DNA of 64,000 bases from an uncultured Desulfobacterales bacterium (GCA_964446485.1 CAYUOU010000013.1:1183-65182); one strand, 5' to 3'; positions 45,065 to 54,905 are shown, counted from the stretch's first letter. Numbers and translations are program-made. Notes: generated by a model from the letters alone, not told the origin.

Positions 45065-45375
45065 GCCCAAATTGACAGCCCCATAAAAAACTTCCCGGAT
45101 GTCATCCCGAGGAGCTTGCGACGAGGAATCTCAACATTCCGTAATCTATAGACGTTTTGTTTAACACCCAGATCCCTCGCTGCGCTCGGGATGACATCTG
45201 CGGAGTTTTGTCGAGACTATCAATCTTGATGAACCGGTAAAAAGTCTTCCAGTCGTCATGCCGGACTCGATCCGGCATCCATAAGCCTTTGAAATCACTG
45301 GATCCCGGGTCAAGCCCGGGATGACGAATACGCCATTTTCCGACTTTTTACATGGCTGTCAATCTTGACTCCATC
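45065..45375. repeat. Cluster of REP-like hairpin units, family B (GTCATCCCGRG...), two inverted pairs
   Basis: gatgtcatcccgaggagcttgcgacgaggaatc (45098-45130) faces gatccctcgctgcgctcgggatgacatc (45171-45198). cgtcatgccggactcgatccggcatcc (45254-45280) faces ggatcccgggtcaagcccgggatgacg (45300-45326). A tgtcaat/attgaca-type motif recurs at about 45071, 45218 and 45357. Confidence 0.7.
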
Positions 45376-45393
45376 GGAAAAAGCCTGAAAGGG

Positions 45394-45996
45394 TCAATCT
45401 GAGTTCTGCTTCAATTCGTTGAATCCAGCGACTAACACATCGAAATCCGATTCGAGTATTCTATCATTCAGCGATTCAGGTGGAAAGTTCATGAAAGAAA
45501 ACAATCTTTCCTCCAATGCAATGGTGCGCTGCCACAGCCACTGCAGCTTTTCAAACAGATCGTCTTTCCCGCCGCCGTAGCGCTCGACGATATAGCTCAT
45601 GCGGTCGTCCAGCGGTACGATGCGGTCGTGAAGCACCCGCTTGTCGGCATAGTTGACGACTTCCGCCTCCGTCGGGGTGCCATCTTCGGTGTAAACCTTC
45701 ATGCGCACATGCTGCCCCACGATGTCCCCCACCTCCGGGTACCCCAGATCCCGCAAATACTGCTCGCCGGTCTCGGCGTGATTCTCCTTGGTCTCAAAAC
45801 TCCGTGTCTTGGTGATGTCGTGCAGGAGCGCCGACGCCGTGATGAGCGGCCGGTTGAGGTAAACGCCGGCATCCCTCAGTTGGTCGCAGATGAGTTCGGC
45901 CACCTGACACACACGAATCGAGTGGGCAGCGATATGGTCCAGCATGGCCATCCGGCAGAGCATGTTAAAACAGGCTTTGGTTTCGGGGATGTTCAT
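45394..45996 (-). CDS. HD/HDIG-domain metal-dependent phosphohydrolase
   Basis: 200 aa with AHSIRVCQVAE, SALLHDITKT and NHAETGEQYL. It starts 19 nt downstream of the RND permease gene. Confidence 0.75.
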   Translation of the reverse strand: MNIPETKACFNMLCRMAMLDHIAAHSIRVCQVAELICDQLRDAGVYLNRPLITASALLHDITKTRSFETKENHAETGEQYLRDLGYPEVGDIVGQHVRMKVYTEDGTPTEAEVVNYADKRVLHDRIVPLDDRMSYIVERYGGGKDDLFEKLQWLWQRTIALEERLFSFMNFPPESLNDRILESDFDVLVAGFNELKQNSD

Positions 45997-46015
45997 TTAC
46001 GGGTTCCGTTTACTT

Positions 46016-49000
46016 TCAATGTTCCGCGACAGGAGGTAACGGGCTTTTCTCATGGGGATGGAACCGTGCCACCACGTCCCGCACGATGAGGTAGAGCGCC
46101 GGCACAAACAGCAGGGTGAGAAACGTGGCGGCGATGAGGCCGAAGCTGATGCTCACGGCCATGGGGATGAGAAATTGCGCCTGGAAACTTCGCTCCAGCA
46201 GCAGCGGCAGCAGCCCGGCCACGGTGGTGATGGACGTGAGCAGCACCGGCCGAAACCGCATGCGCCCGGAGGCCATGACGGCCTCTTCCACCGGCACCCC
46301 GCTTCTCACGGCCCGGTTGATGAAATCGATGAGGATGAGGGCGTCGTTGACGACGATTCCGGAGAGGGCCACGATGCCAAAGATGCTCACGATGGTAAAA
46401 GAAAGCCCCATGACCAGGTGACCGAAAATGGCGCCGATGAGGCCGAACGGGATGGCGATCATGATGATGACCGGCTGGATGTACGAACGGAACTGGCTGG
46501 CCAAAAGGAGAAAAATCCCCATGAGCGCCAGAGAGAAGCCTTTCTTCAGGCTGTCCAGCGATTCCCGGGTGCGTTTTTCCTGCCCTTCCAGGTCATAGGA
46601 CAGCCCCGGATACCGTGTCTTCAGTCGCGGTAGAAAATCCCGGTTGAGTTCGGCAACGATTTGACTGGCATTGGCCAGGTTTTCATCAATGTCGCTGCTG
46701 ACGGTGATGACCCGCTGACGGTCCACGCGCCGGATGGTGGAATACGCCCTGCCGTACGTGATCTTGGCCACCTCGCCAAGCGGGATCGCGCGGCCGTCCG
46801 GAGTGCGAATCCACATGCGATCCAAACCGGACAAGGAATTTCGATCCTCCTCGGCGTATCGTACCTGGATCCGTATGTCGTCCTGCCCCCGCTGAATGCG
46901 CACCGCCTCCTCGCCATGAAAGGCCTGACGGACCTGGCGGGCCAGGTCTGCCATGGACACGCCCAGAGACCGTGCACCCTCTCTGATGCGAAGCTGTTGT
47001 TCGACTTTACCCGGCTTGAAGTTGTCGGCCACATCGAAGGTGCCGGGAAAGCTCAAGAGTTCCGTTTTGAGTGCTTCCGCCGCCTTCTGCAGGGTGTCGA
47101 ACCGGTCGCCGATGAGTCGAATTTCGATGGGGTTCCCGGCCGGCCCGCCCTCCACGGTAAAAAAGGACAATTGATCGATGCCGGGGATCGCTCCCACCGC
47201 TCGCCGCCATTGCGCGACCACCTCATTGACCGAAACCCCAGGTCGCTTCGCCGAAGGCAGCAGTTCGATCCACACCTCACCGCAGTGGCCGCCGAAGATG
47301 GGCGGTTTCCAGTCCCGACGGGGAATCGCCCCCACCAGGGCAAAGGAATTGGCGATCAGCGACGCCTCTCCATCGATGCGATCTCGGTACAAGCGGTTCA
47401 TATCGATGGCAGCACGCGCCAGGCGATCGATGGTCTCCCCGGTGATATCACTCGGCGTTCCCAGCGGGTAGTTGACCTCGGCAATGATATAGTCGCTCTC
47501 CCCCTTGGCCATGAAAACGAAAGGGACATACCCGCCGCGGATGATGCCGATACTGATAATCAACACGCCGGCACCGACGGCAAAAGTGAAATACCGATTG
47601 GCCACGACATACTTCAATACCGGTGAGTAGACCGAATCGATGAACCATTGCAGGCCTCTGTCGATGCGGCGACGCAGGCGCACGTGCCGGGATGCGGCTT
47701 TTCCCCGGTCACGCGCTGATCGACTCAGCGCGCCATTGAGATGGGACGGCAGAATCACCAGCGCCTCCAGCAACGATACGGCGAGAATGGCGATGACGGC
47801 CGTGGGCATGACAGCGATGAATTTTCCCATGATGCCGGCGATGAACAGCAGCGGCAGAAACGCCACCACCGTCGTGGACACGGCCATGACCACGGGGCCT
47901 CCCACTTCGGCCAAGCCGTCTGCCACCGCATCACGAACGTTTTTGCCCCGGTGATAATGCCGGTAAACATTTTCCCCCACGATAATCGCATCATCCACAA
48001 GGATGCCCAGTGTCATGATGAATGCGAAAAGAGAGATCATATTGATGGTTTCCCCCGCAGCATCCAGCACCATGAACGCCGCCATGAAAGCGATGGGGAT
48101 TCCCGCGGCCACCCAGAACGCCAGTCGGATATTTAAAAACAGGGCAAGCCCCAGAAAAACCAGAACGATCCCCTGGGCCCCGTTTCTCAACAACAGGTGG
48201 ATCCGATCCCGCACCATCTCGGACAGATCGAACCAGGTGTCCAGCTGAACCCCGGGCGGCATCTGGTCGGCATGCGCCGTCACATAGGCTTTGACCGTGT
48301 CGGAAATGGCGATGACATCTTCTTTTTTAGTACGGTTGACCTGAATCAACGCCGCTGGAAGCCCGTTGAATTTGGTCCGGATATCGCTGTCCTCGAAGCC
48401 GTCGATGACCCGGGCCACCTGACCTAATCGAACGAGGGTGCCGTCGTCGGTGGTGATCAGGGGAAGCGCTTCGAATTCGCGGCCGGTGTAGCGGCGCCCC
48501 TCGGCCCGCACAAGAATCTCGCCGTGTACGGTCTTGATGCGTCCGCCGGGAAGATCTAAGCTGCCGGTACGGATGGCCGCCACCACGTGGTCAAAGCTGA
48601 GGTTGTACTGCCGCAGGTTCTCCTCCGACACCGCTACGGCAATTTCATAGTTGCGCACGCCCACCAGGTTGGCCAGGGAGATGTCCGGTGCGTTGACCAA
48701 GTCGTCGCGGATGTCTTCGGCAATGCGGCGAAGGAGCAATTCATTGACCTCACCGTATACCGCCACGAAGATGGCGGGGTCCCGGTTGACGATTTCGGTG
48801 ATGACGGGGTCTTTGGCCTCATCGGGAAAGTTGTCGATGAGATCCACCTGGGTCTTGAGGTCATCCATGACCCGCCGAATATCGGTGTCGCCGTCCAGTT
48901 CCACGGTGACCGATCCGTTGCCTTCACGGGCCGCGCTGAAAGTGCGGATGACCCCTTCGATGCCCTTGATCTTCTCCTCGATCTTGATGCAGACACCTTC

Positions 49001-49183
49001 CTCCACCTCCTCCGGGCTGGCCCCCGGATAGTCCACGGACACGTTGATCATGTCCAAGGCGAACTGAGGAAACATCTCCCGCCGCATCCCCAAAACCGTG
49101 AACAAGCCGGCCACAAGAATAAACACCATGATCAGATTGACGGTGACGTTGTTGTCAACAGACCATGTGGCAAGAGATCTCAT
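46016..49183 (-). CDS. RND efflux transporter inner-membrane permease (second copy)
   Basis: 1055 aa with RND architecture: MRSLATWSVDNNVTVNLIMVFILVAG and LGILVDDAIIVGENV. Confidence 0.9.
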   Translation of the reverse strand: MRSLATWSVDNNVTVNLIMVFILVAGLFTVLGMRREMFPQFALDMINVSVDYPGASPEEVEEGVCIKIEEKIKGIEGVIRTFSAAREGNGSVTVELDGDTDIRRVMDDLKTQVDLIDNFPDEAKDPVITEIVNRDPAIFVAVYGEVNELLLRRIAEDIRDDLVNAPDISLANLVGVRNYEIAVAVSEENLRQYNLSFDHVVAAIRTGSLDLPGGRIKTVHGEILVRAEGRRYTGREFEALPLITTDDGTLVRLGQVARVIDGFEDSDIRTKFNGLPAALIQVNRTKKEDVIAISDTVKAYVTAHADQMPPGVQLDTWFDLSEMVRDRIHLLLRNGAQGIVLVFLGLALFLNIRLAFWVAAGIPIAFMAAFMVLDAAGETINMISLFAFIMTLGILVDDAIIVGENVYRHYHRGKNVRDAVADGLAEVGGPVVMAVSTTVVAFLPLLFIAGIMGKFIAVMPTAVIAILAVSLLEALVILPSHLNGALSRSARDRGKAASRHVRLRRRIDRGLQWFIDSVYSPVLKYVVANRYFTFAVGAGVLIISIGIIRGGYVPFVFMAKGESDYIIAEVNYPLGTPSDITGETIDRLARAAIDMNRLYRDRIDGEASLIANSFALVGAIPRRDWKPPIFGGHCGEVWIELLPSAKRPGVSVNEVVAQWRRAVGAIPGIDQLSFFTVEGGPAGNPIEIRLIGDRFDTLQKAAEALKTELLSFPGTFDVADNFKPGKVEQQLRIREGARSLGVSMADLARQVRQAFHGEEAVRIQRGQDDIRIQVRYAEEDRNSLSGLDRMWIRTPDGRAIPLGEVAKITYGRAYSTIRRVDRQRVITVSSDIDENLANASQIVAELNRDFLPRLKTRYPGLSYDLEGQEKRTRESLDSLKKGFSLALMGIFLLLASQFRSYIQPVIIMIAIPFGLIGAIFGHLVMGLSFTIVSIFGIVALSGIVVNDALILIDFINRAVRSGVPVEEAVMASGRMRFRPVLLTSITTVAGLLPLLLERSFQAQFLIPMAVSISFGLIAATFLTLLFVPALYLIVRDVVARFHPHEKSPLPPVAEH

Positions 49184-49192
49184 GGATGCCGG

Positions 49193-50545
49193 CTATTCAG
49201 ATGAAGGGGTGGAAGATTCGGTGGCGGTGGAGGAGGCCGTGCGGATCGGCAGCCCCGCCACCGCGCCGACGACCGGGGTGCGAATCACCCGGTCGCCCGG
49301 AGTGAGGCCGGCGGCCACGAAGACCTGCTCCCGGTAGCGCCGGGCAACCGTAACAGGGCGAATTGCCAGCCGGCCGCCCTCTGCCAGATAGACGACGTCA
49401 CCGGGGTGAACCACGTGACGGGGAAGGACCACCATATCCGGAATGCGGCGCCCCTGAATGCGAACGGTGACGAAGGTGCCGGGCAGCAGCGTCAAGTTGT
49501 CCGATGACGGGGGTTCTGCAGAAACGGCGGCCGATGCCGCGTCGATGGCCACCACCAGCGGCAGGGTGCGCGTTCTGGAGTCCACGGCCGCATGGATACG
49601 GACGATCTTTGCCGGCCATCGGCCGGCATCCGGATGACCTGAAATGCGAACCTCGGCGGATCGCTGCGAGATGCCGCCGCTGTTGTCTTTCAGCCAGGCG
49701 AGATCTTCCAGGGGAACCCTAACGTCTACTTCGAGAGCGCCCTTCTGGTAGATGGTTCCCAGGTATCCGCCGACGGGTACGTGCTCGCCCACCGCCACCT
49801 GTTTTTCGATAACCCTGCCGTCGAAGGGCGCCACGATCCGGGTGCGTTCCAGATCCAGTTGGGCCTTTCGGCGCAAGACCTGGGCCGTCTCCAGCGCCGC
49901 CATGGCCTTTTGACGGGCGACGGGCAACATGTCGGCCTCGTTGACAAGCGCCTGCAACCGCTCACGGCCCGAAAGGTACTGCTGGTGCGCCTGGTCGCGC
50001 TGGGTCGCCGAAGAGACATTCAGGTCGGCCAGCTCGTTGAGGCGCCGGTACTCGGTTTGGGCAAGGCTCACATTCTCCCTGGTAATCTCAAGAAGTTTGC
50101 TGAGGTTGGCGGCCTGCTGGTCGATACGATCCAACTCGGCCTGATACTGTCTGATCTGGGCGGCCATGCGTGCGACTTCAAGGGCGTAATCCCGCGCATC
50201 GATGACCAGCAGCAGAGTGCCGGCAGAAAAGGCGCCGCCGGTGGTGAAAGCGGGGTCCACCTGGACCACGGTGCCGCGCACCTGGGCGGTGAGCTTGACG
50301 GTTTCCTTGGCGCTCACGGTGCCATAGGCCTCCACCGGCATGGTGACCATGGTGATTTCAGGGGATAAGGTCTTTACCAGATGCCCGGTTTCCTGGAGCG
50401 GGCGCTTCTGGGCACGGGGTCTCACTGCGATCAGCACGACCGCCACGGCAATGGCCACGGTAAGCACCACCAGCACGCGAATCAGCCGAAACAGGCCGCC
50501 TTTTTCCATGTTCGGATGTTCACTTCCGTGGGTGTCAACATCCAT
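49193..50545 (-). CDS. RND/HlyD-family periplasmic adaptor (second copy)
   Basis: TM anchor LIRVLVVLTVAIAVAVVLIAV, a long coiled coil and TRIVAPFDGRVIEKQVAVGEHV. The start could also be the internal MEKGG. Confidence 0.85.
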   Translation of the reverse strand: MDVDTHGSEHPNMEKGGLFRLIRVLVVLTVAIAVAVVLIAVRPRAQKRPLQETGHLVKTLSPEITMVTMPVEAYGTVSAKETVKLTAQVRGTVVQVDPAFTTGGAFSAGTLLLVIDARDYALEVARMAAQIRQYQAELDRIDQQAANLSKLLEITRENVSLAQTEYRRLNELADLNVSSATQRDQAHQQYLSGRERLQALVNEADMLPVARQKAMAALETAQVLRRKAQLDLERTRIVAPFDGRVIEKQVAVGEHVPVGGYLGTIYQKGALEVDVRVPLEDLAWLKDNSGGISQRSAEVRISGHPDAGRWPAKIVRIHAAVDSRTRTLPLVVAIDAASAAVSAEPPSSDNLTLLPGTFVTVRIQGRRIPDMVVLPRHVVHPGDVVYLAEGGRLAIRPVTVARRYREQVFVAAGLTPGDRVIRTPVVGAVAGLPIRTASSTATESSTPSSE

Positions 50546-50680
50546 CAGTTCTGCCCTGTGCCGTATTGGATTGATGTGCGGTTCAGAAACCTAAATTGAC
50601 CCAGCGTGCCATCCACAAATCTTGAAATATGTCGAAATTCCTGCATCTTAGATGATTCTGCAGCCGATGGCAATGCCCAA

Positions 50681-50723
50681 CAAAAAATAGAAACCGGCGC
50701 TGACGATTGCCAGGGCCGGTTTC
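50681..50723 (-). terminator. Rho-independent terminator downstream of etfA
   Basis: On the minus strand, gaaaccggc (16-nt loop) gccggtttc forms a 9-bp stem followed by tattttttg. It lies 28 nt after the etfA stop. Confidence 0.7.
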
Positions 50724-50750
50724 TCATCCACTCCCAATAGCCGAAAGCGA

Positions 50751-51719
50751 TTACAGTTCTTCGATCTTCTCCTGCAGTTCGGGCAGGAATTCCAGGATGT
50801 CGGCGACGATACCTACATCGGCCACCTGGAAGATGGGCGCCTTGGCGTTCTTGTTGATGGCGATGATGAAGGGGTTGCCCTTGATGCCGCCCATGTGCTG
50901 AAAGGAACCGCTGATACCGCAGGCCATGTAAACCTTTGGTTTGACGGTCTGACCCGAGGTGCCAACCTGGCGGGACTTTTCCAGCCACTTGGCGTCCACG
51001 ATGGGCCGCGAACAGGAAACCACCGCCCCCATTGCATCCGCCAAACCCTGAGCGATCTCGATATTGTCTTCGTCTTCGATACCGCGACCGATGGACACCA
51101 GGACGTCCTCCTTGGTGATGTCCACATCACCGACTTCGGCGGCAACGGTCTCGAGGTACTGGCGCTGGGCGGTGATATCGCCCAGATCGCCGGATTTATC
51201 CACCACCGAGCCGCCGGCAGCAGCCGTCTCGTCGGCGGCGACGACACCGGGGCGGATCGTGATGATTGCTCCGGTCGACATATCGCAGTCCACGTGGGTG
51301 CTGACCGCACCGCCGAACTCCTGGCGCACCAATTTTAGAGTACCGCCGTCCAGCGCCTCGATGTCCACCACGTCAGCCACGAAGGCTGAATCCATCTTGA
51401 TGGAGAGCCCAGGGGCCAGATCCATGCCGAAAGTGTCATGCGCCACCAGCACCACGGCGTTGTTGGGCAGTAGGTTCACCAGCGCTTTTCTCACCACTTC
51501 CGCGTTGGGGTATTCAAACGCGGCATTGTCTATTTTCCAGACTTCTGCAAAGGCCGGAGCCACTGCGCTGCAGACGGCATCCAGGTCCGCGCCGCTGCCG
51601 ATGACGATGGCGGTCACCGCCGCCCCTGCATCGATTTTCTTTGCCGCAGCGGCCAGTTCAAGAGCACTGTCATCAGCAACCCCGCCTTTGTGAACGATAT
51701 ATGCGAAAATCTGAGCCAT
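50751..51719 (-). CDS. etfA: Electron transfer flavoprotein alpha subunit
   Basis: 322 aa with the C-terminal FAD-binding block VGTSGQTVKPKVYMACGISGSFQHMGGIKG...IIAINKNAKAPIFQVAD. Confidence 0.9.
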   Translation of the reverse strand: MAQIFAYIVHKGGVADDSALELAAAAKKIDAGAAVTAIVIGSGADLDAVCSAVAPAFAEVWKIDNAAFEYPNAEVVRKALVNLLPNNAVVLVAHDTFGMDLAPGLSIKMDSAFVADVVDIEALDGGTLKLVRQEFGGAVSTHVDCDMSTGAIITIRPGVVAADETAAAGGSVVDKSGDLGDITAQRQYLETVAAEVGDVDITKEDVLVSIGRGIEDEDNIEIAQGLADAMGAVVSCSRPIVDAKWLEKSRQVGTSGQTVKPKVYMACGISGSFQHMGGIKGNPFIIAINKNAKAPIFQVADVGIVADILEFLPELQEKIEEL

Positions 51720-52492
51720 TATTTCAGCCCTCCTTTGGCTTTGAGCATTTCAATGAGTTTCTCGATGATCTCATCGGTGCTGCCTTCAAGCATCTCTGCA
51801 CCTTCACCCAACTCGGGCAAGAAGTAATCCACCCGCTTGACCTTGGGCGCGGCCATGGTCACCCCCAGATCGCCGGCACTCATGGCGGGGATGTCCACGG
51901 ACGCCACTTTGCGGATACCGCGGATACCCACGTAGCGGGGTTCGTTGATACCGGTCTGGATGGACAACACGCATGGCATCGAGATTTCGTTCATCTCCTG
52001 ATTGCCACCTTCAATCTCGCGGCCGACGGTCAGTTTGCCGCTGCCGACCTCGATTTTGTTCACCAGTGAGGCAAAAGGCACGTCCATCAGGGCCGCCAGC
52101 ATGCCGCCCACCTGGCCGGCACCGTCGTCTGCCTGGGCACCGGTGAGCACCAGATCGTAGCTTCCCTTGTCCACTACGGCCTTGAGGGCGGCGGCGATGG
52201 CTTTGCCGTCGGCGCCCGCCAGTGAATCGTCACTCACCAAAATACCGTTGTTGGCGCCCATGGCCATCTCGCGGCGGAGCACCTCTTCGTCGTCTTCTTC
52301 GCCAACGGTCACCACCGTAACGCTGCCGCCCACGCTGTCCACGATCTGGATGGCTTCTTCCACGGCGTAGTTGTCCCATTCGTTGACGGAGTAGACGAGA
52401 TCGTCCCGTTCGATGTCGTTGCCGGCGCTGTTGAGCTCGATCTCATTCTCCGAGGTGTCGGGCACACGTTTCACACATACCAAGATCTCCAT
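51719..52492 (-). CDS. etfB: Electron transfer flavoprotein beta subunit
   Basis: 257 aa: MEILVCVKRVPD...NEWDNYAVEEA...DLVLTGAQADDGAGQVG. 1-nt overlap with etfA. Confidence 0.9.
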   Translation of the reverse strand: MEILVCVKRVPDTSENEIELNSAGNDIERDDLVYSVNEWDNYAVEEAIQIVDSVGGSVTVVTVGEEDDEEVLRREMAMGANNGILVSDDSLAGADGKAIAAALKAVVDKGSYDLVLTGAQADDGAGQVGGMLAALMDVPFASLVNKIEVGSGKLTVGREIEGGNQEMNEISMPCVLSIQTGINEPRYVGIRGIRKVASVDIPAMSAGDLGVTMAAPKVKRVDYFLPELGEGAEMLEGSTDEIIEKLIEMLKAKGGLK

Positions 52493-52554
52493 AATGATCC
52501 TCCCAGATAGTGATGTTTCCCGTATTGTCTTACCGCTTGTCTGCGTGTTTAAGT

Positions 52555-52631
52555 GTAGGGGAGGGGTTTATCCCCTCCCGATTTTTGGATCCGATGGCCG
52601 GCTCGCGGGCGGGGATGAACCCCGCCCCTAC
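52555..52631. repeat. REP-like GC hairpin pair, family A
   Basis: gtaggggaggggtttatcccctccc (52555-52579) and the inverted gcgggcggggatgaaccccgcccctac (52605-52631), between the Fe-S oxidoreductase gene and etfB. Confidence 0.75.
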
Positions 52632-52682
52632 GAATGCCGGTATGTCCAACCGCCTGCGGATGGCCGTCATTCGCCCAATGCA

Positions 52683-54779
52683 TCAGGCAATGTGGCCGGC
52701 CACCAGTTCAGACAGGTCGATGGCCTCCATCTGGCCTTCCAGCCCCGCCACCTTGATGGCATCTTCCATATTCACCAGACAGAAGGGGCACGCCGTAACG
52801 ATCACGTTGGCACCCGCTTCGGCGGCCATTCGTACCCGGACGACCCCCATGCGTTCTTCTTCTTCAGGCTCGTAGAAGAGCATCATCCCCCCGCCGCCGC
52901 AGCAAAACGAACGGTCCCGGCACCGGGCCATCTCTACCCGGGTGAGACCGGGGACCGCGTCCAGTACAAACCGGGGTTCTTCGTAAAGGCTGTTGTGGCG
53001 CCCGAGGTAGCAAGGGTCATGATAGGTGTAGCATTTGCCGTTGCCTGCCGTCTCCTTGAGGCGAAGGGTGCCGCCGCGAATGGCTGCGGCCATGATTTGG
53101 CTGATGTGGGCCACCGGCGGGACGCCCGTGTAATCGTTTTTCAGGGCATTGAAGGCGTGGGGATCGGCGGTGACGATGCGCTTGACGCCTGAGGTCCTGA
53201 TGGCTCCGGTGTTCTGCTCACGCAGGTCCTGAAAGAGCATTTCCTCGCCAAAACGCCGCGCCTCGTGTCCGCTGTCTTTTTCTTCCTTTCCCAGGATGCC
53301 GTAGTCCACACCGGCGGCATCCAGCACCATGGCGGTGGCCTGGGCGATGCGCTGCATGCGGTCGTCGTAGGAGGAAATGCTGTCCACGAAATAGAGGGTG
53401 TCGGCGCTGTCTCCGTTGCTCACCACCTTGACGGTGCACTGTTCCGCGAATGCCTTGTCCTTAATGGCCCAGTCGGCCCGTTTCTTTTCCATCTTGCCCC
53501 AGGGATTCCCCCGCTTTTCCAGCGCGCTCAGGGGCTTTTGCAGGCTTTGGGGCACCGCCCCGTCGTCAACCATACCGCGACGCAGGTCCACGATCTTGTC
53601 GATGTATTCGATTCCCAGCGGGCATTCCTGCTCGCAGGCGCCGCAGGTGGTGCAGGACCAGATTTCATCCTCTTCATAGACGTCGCCCATGAGCGGCTCG
53701 CTGTTCAGAAACGGCGCACCCAAGGGATAAAAGGGGTGGTTTCTGAAGACACGGTCCCTGCCTTTGATGGAGATAAAGCGCGGAGACAACGGCCGCCCAA
53801 CGGCATTGGCCGGGCAATTGTCTGAGCAGCGTCCACAGTCGGCGCAGGAATAAAAATCGAGAATATGCTTCCAGGTGAAGTCTTCGACCTTTTTTACACC
53901 GAACGACTCCAGATCGTCCAGATCCGCGTCGCTGACCCCGTAGCGCACCGGCTTCACATTGCCGGTCTGCAGCCTCATGAACATCACGTTGAAAAACGAG
54001 GTGATGACATGAAAGTGTTTTCCCAGGGGCAAAAAGCACAGGAAGAAAAAGAACGTTAGATCATGGATATAATAGGACACCAGATGCACGGTTTGAAGCC
54101 GGGCCACCGGCGTGTCGGTCATGAGATACTGAAAGAGCCACGGCAGGGAAAGGGGTGCCAGCATGTGAGGCGTCATTCCCAGTTGCATCGCCGCGGCGGT
54201 CTCTGAAGCCTCGAACAGGCTTTCGGTCACCATGAGGGTCGCGATGAGCCCTAAAACAAACAACGCCTCACCGGTGTGGTCGTGGCCGTATTTGGCAGGG
54301 ACCGCGTATCGGGCGGGCCTGACGATACCGCGGCGTACCGCTGCCACCACAACGCTGACGAACACCATGGTGGCCGCATAGTCTTTGAGAATGCTGTAGA
54401 TGCTCCCGATGATCCCGTCAAACCCAGGGGGCACGAAGCCTGGGACGATGCCGATCACCACCAGTTGAAACGAACGCAGGCCCAGGATGAGAAAGCCCGC
54501 GAAAAGCATAATATGGAGGATGCCGGCGGTCATATAGCGGGGGTGGCGCCACTGAGCCAGCCAGATCTTCATCACGTTTTTGATGCGTTCCGGCCATCGA
54601 TTGAAACGGTTATCCGGTGCCGCTTTCACCAGCGGTGCCAGTCGATATGCGATAATATAGGCAAACACCGCCACACCGATGATGGGAATCGCCAGGGAGA
54701 AAAGTACCGTTGGGATGAACAGAAAAAAGGCTTGTGCCGGTCCTACCAGTGCGGTTTCCATAATGCGGTACCTCGTCAC
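52683..54779 (-). CDS. Membrane-bound Fe-S oxidoreductase (N-terminal NarI/DsrM-like TM domain fused to an HdrD/DsrK/GlpC-like 2x[4Fe-4S] + CCG domain)
   Basis: 698 aa with 5-6 N-terminal TM helices. Ferredoxin motifs CADCGRCSDNCP and CTTCGACEQECP. Two CCG-type Cys motifs (DPCYLGRH, RSFCCGGGG). It lies directly upstream of etfBA, as in the ETF-linked membrane oxidoreductases of syntrophic and sulfate-reducing bacteria. Confidence 0.85.
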   Translation of the reverse strand: MTRYRIMETALVGPAQAFFLFIPTVLFSLAIPIIGVAVFAYIIAYRLAPLVKAAPDNRFNRWPERIKNVMKIWLAQWRHPRYMTAGILHIMLFAGFLILGLRSFQLVVIGIVPGFVPPGFDGIIGSIYSILKDYAATMVFVSVVVAAVRRGIVRPARYAVPAKYGHDHTGEALFVLGLIATLMVTESLFEASETAAAMQLGMTPHMLAPLSLPWLFQYLMTDTPVARLQTVHLVSYYIHDLTFFFFLCFLPLGKHFHVITSFFNVMFMRLQTGNVKPVRYGVSDADLDDLESFGVKKVEDFTWKHILDFYSCADCGRCSDNCPANAVGRPLSPRFISIKGRDRVFRNHPFYPLGAPFLNSEPLMGDVYEEDEIWSCTTCGACEQECPLGIEYIDKIVDLRRGMVDDGAVPQSLQKPLSALEKRGNPWGKMEKKRADWAIKDKAFAEQCTVKVVSNGDSADTLYFVDSISSYDDRMQRIAQATAMVLDAAGVDYGILGKEEKDSGHEARRFGEEMLFQDLREQNTGAIRTSGVKRIVTADPHAFNALKNDYTGVPPVAHISQIMAAAIRGGTLRLKETAGNGKCYTYHDPCYLGRHNSLYEEPRFVLDAVPGLTRVEMARCRDRSFCCGGGGMMLFYEPEEEERMGVVRVRMAAEAGANVIVTACPFCLVNMEDAIKVAGLEGQMEAIDLSELVAGHIA

Positions 54780-54905
54780 AACTCATGAAACGTGGAAGGG
54801 GTTGCCACGGCCTTCGGCCGACCCGAAACATTGGGTCGTTTTGTCTACCGGTATCCCGTGTCAGGATGCCGAAGGCCCGGTCCAGTCGATAGCGATCATA
54901 ATCGA

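Noticed and set aside
46052-50368. Plus-strand ORFs inside the second RND/MFP genes (46052..46633, 46661..47626, 48587..49204, 49781..50368)
   Set aside because: The same shadow-ORF pattern, antisense to well-supported genes.
50545-50988. 147-aa minus-strand ORF overlapping the etfA 3' end and the terminator
   Set aside because: It is out of frame with etfA and spans the terminator hairpin. It has no motif support.
13291-52631. Whether the repeated GC hairpins could be a CRISPR array
   Set aside because: The units occur as inverted pairs at scattered loci. They are not direct repeats with regular 30-40 bp spacers, and no cas genes are present.
52413-54788. Plus-strand ORFs across the REP region and the Fe-S oxidoreductase gene (52413..53192, 53265..53825, 54276..54788)
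   Set aside because: They are antisense to a gene with two ferredoxin CxxCxxCxxxCP motifs and CCG motifs. They are partly translated REP sequence.
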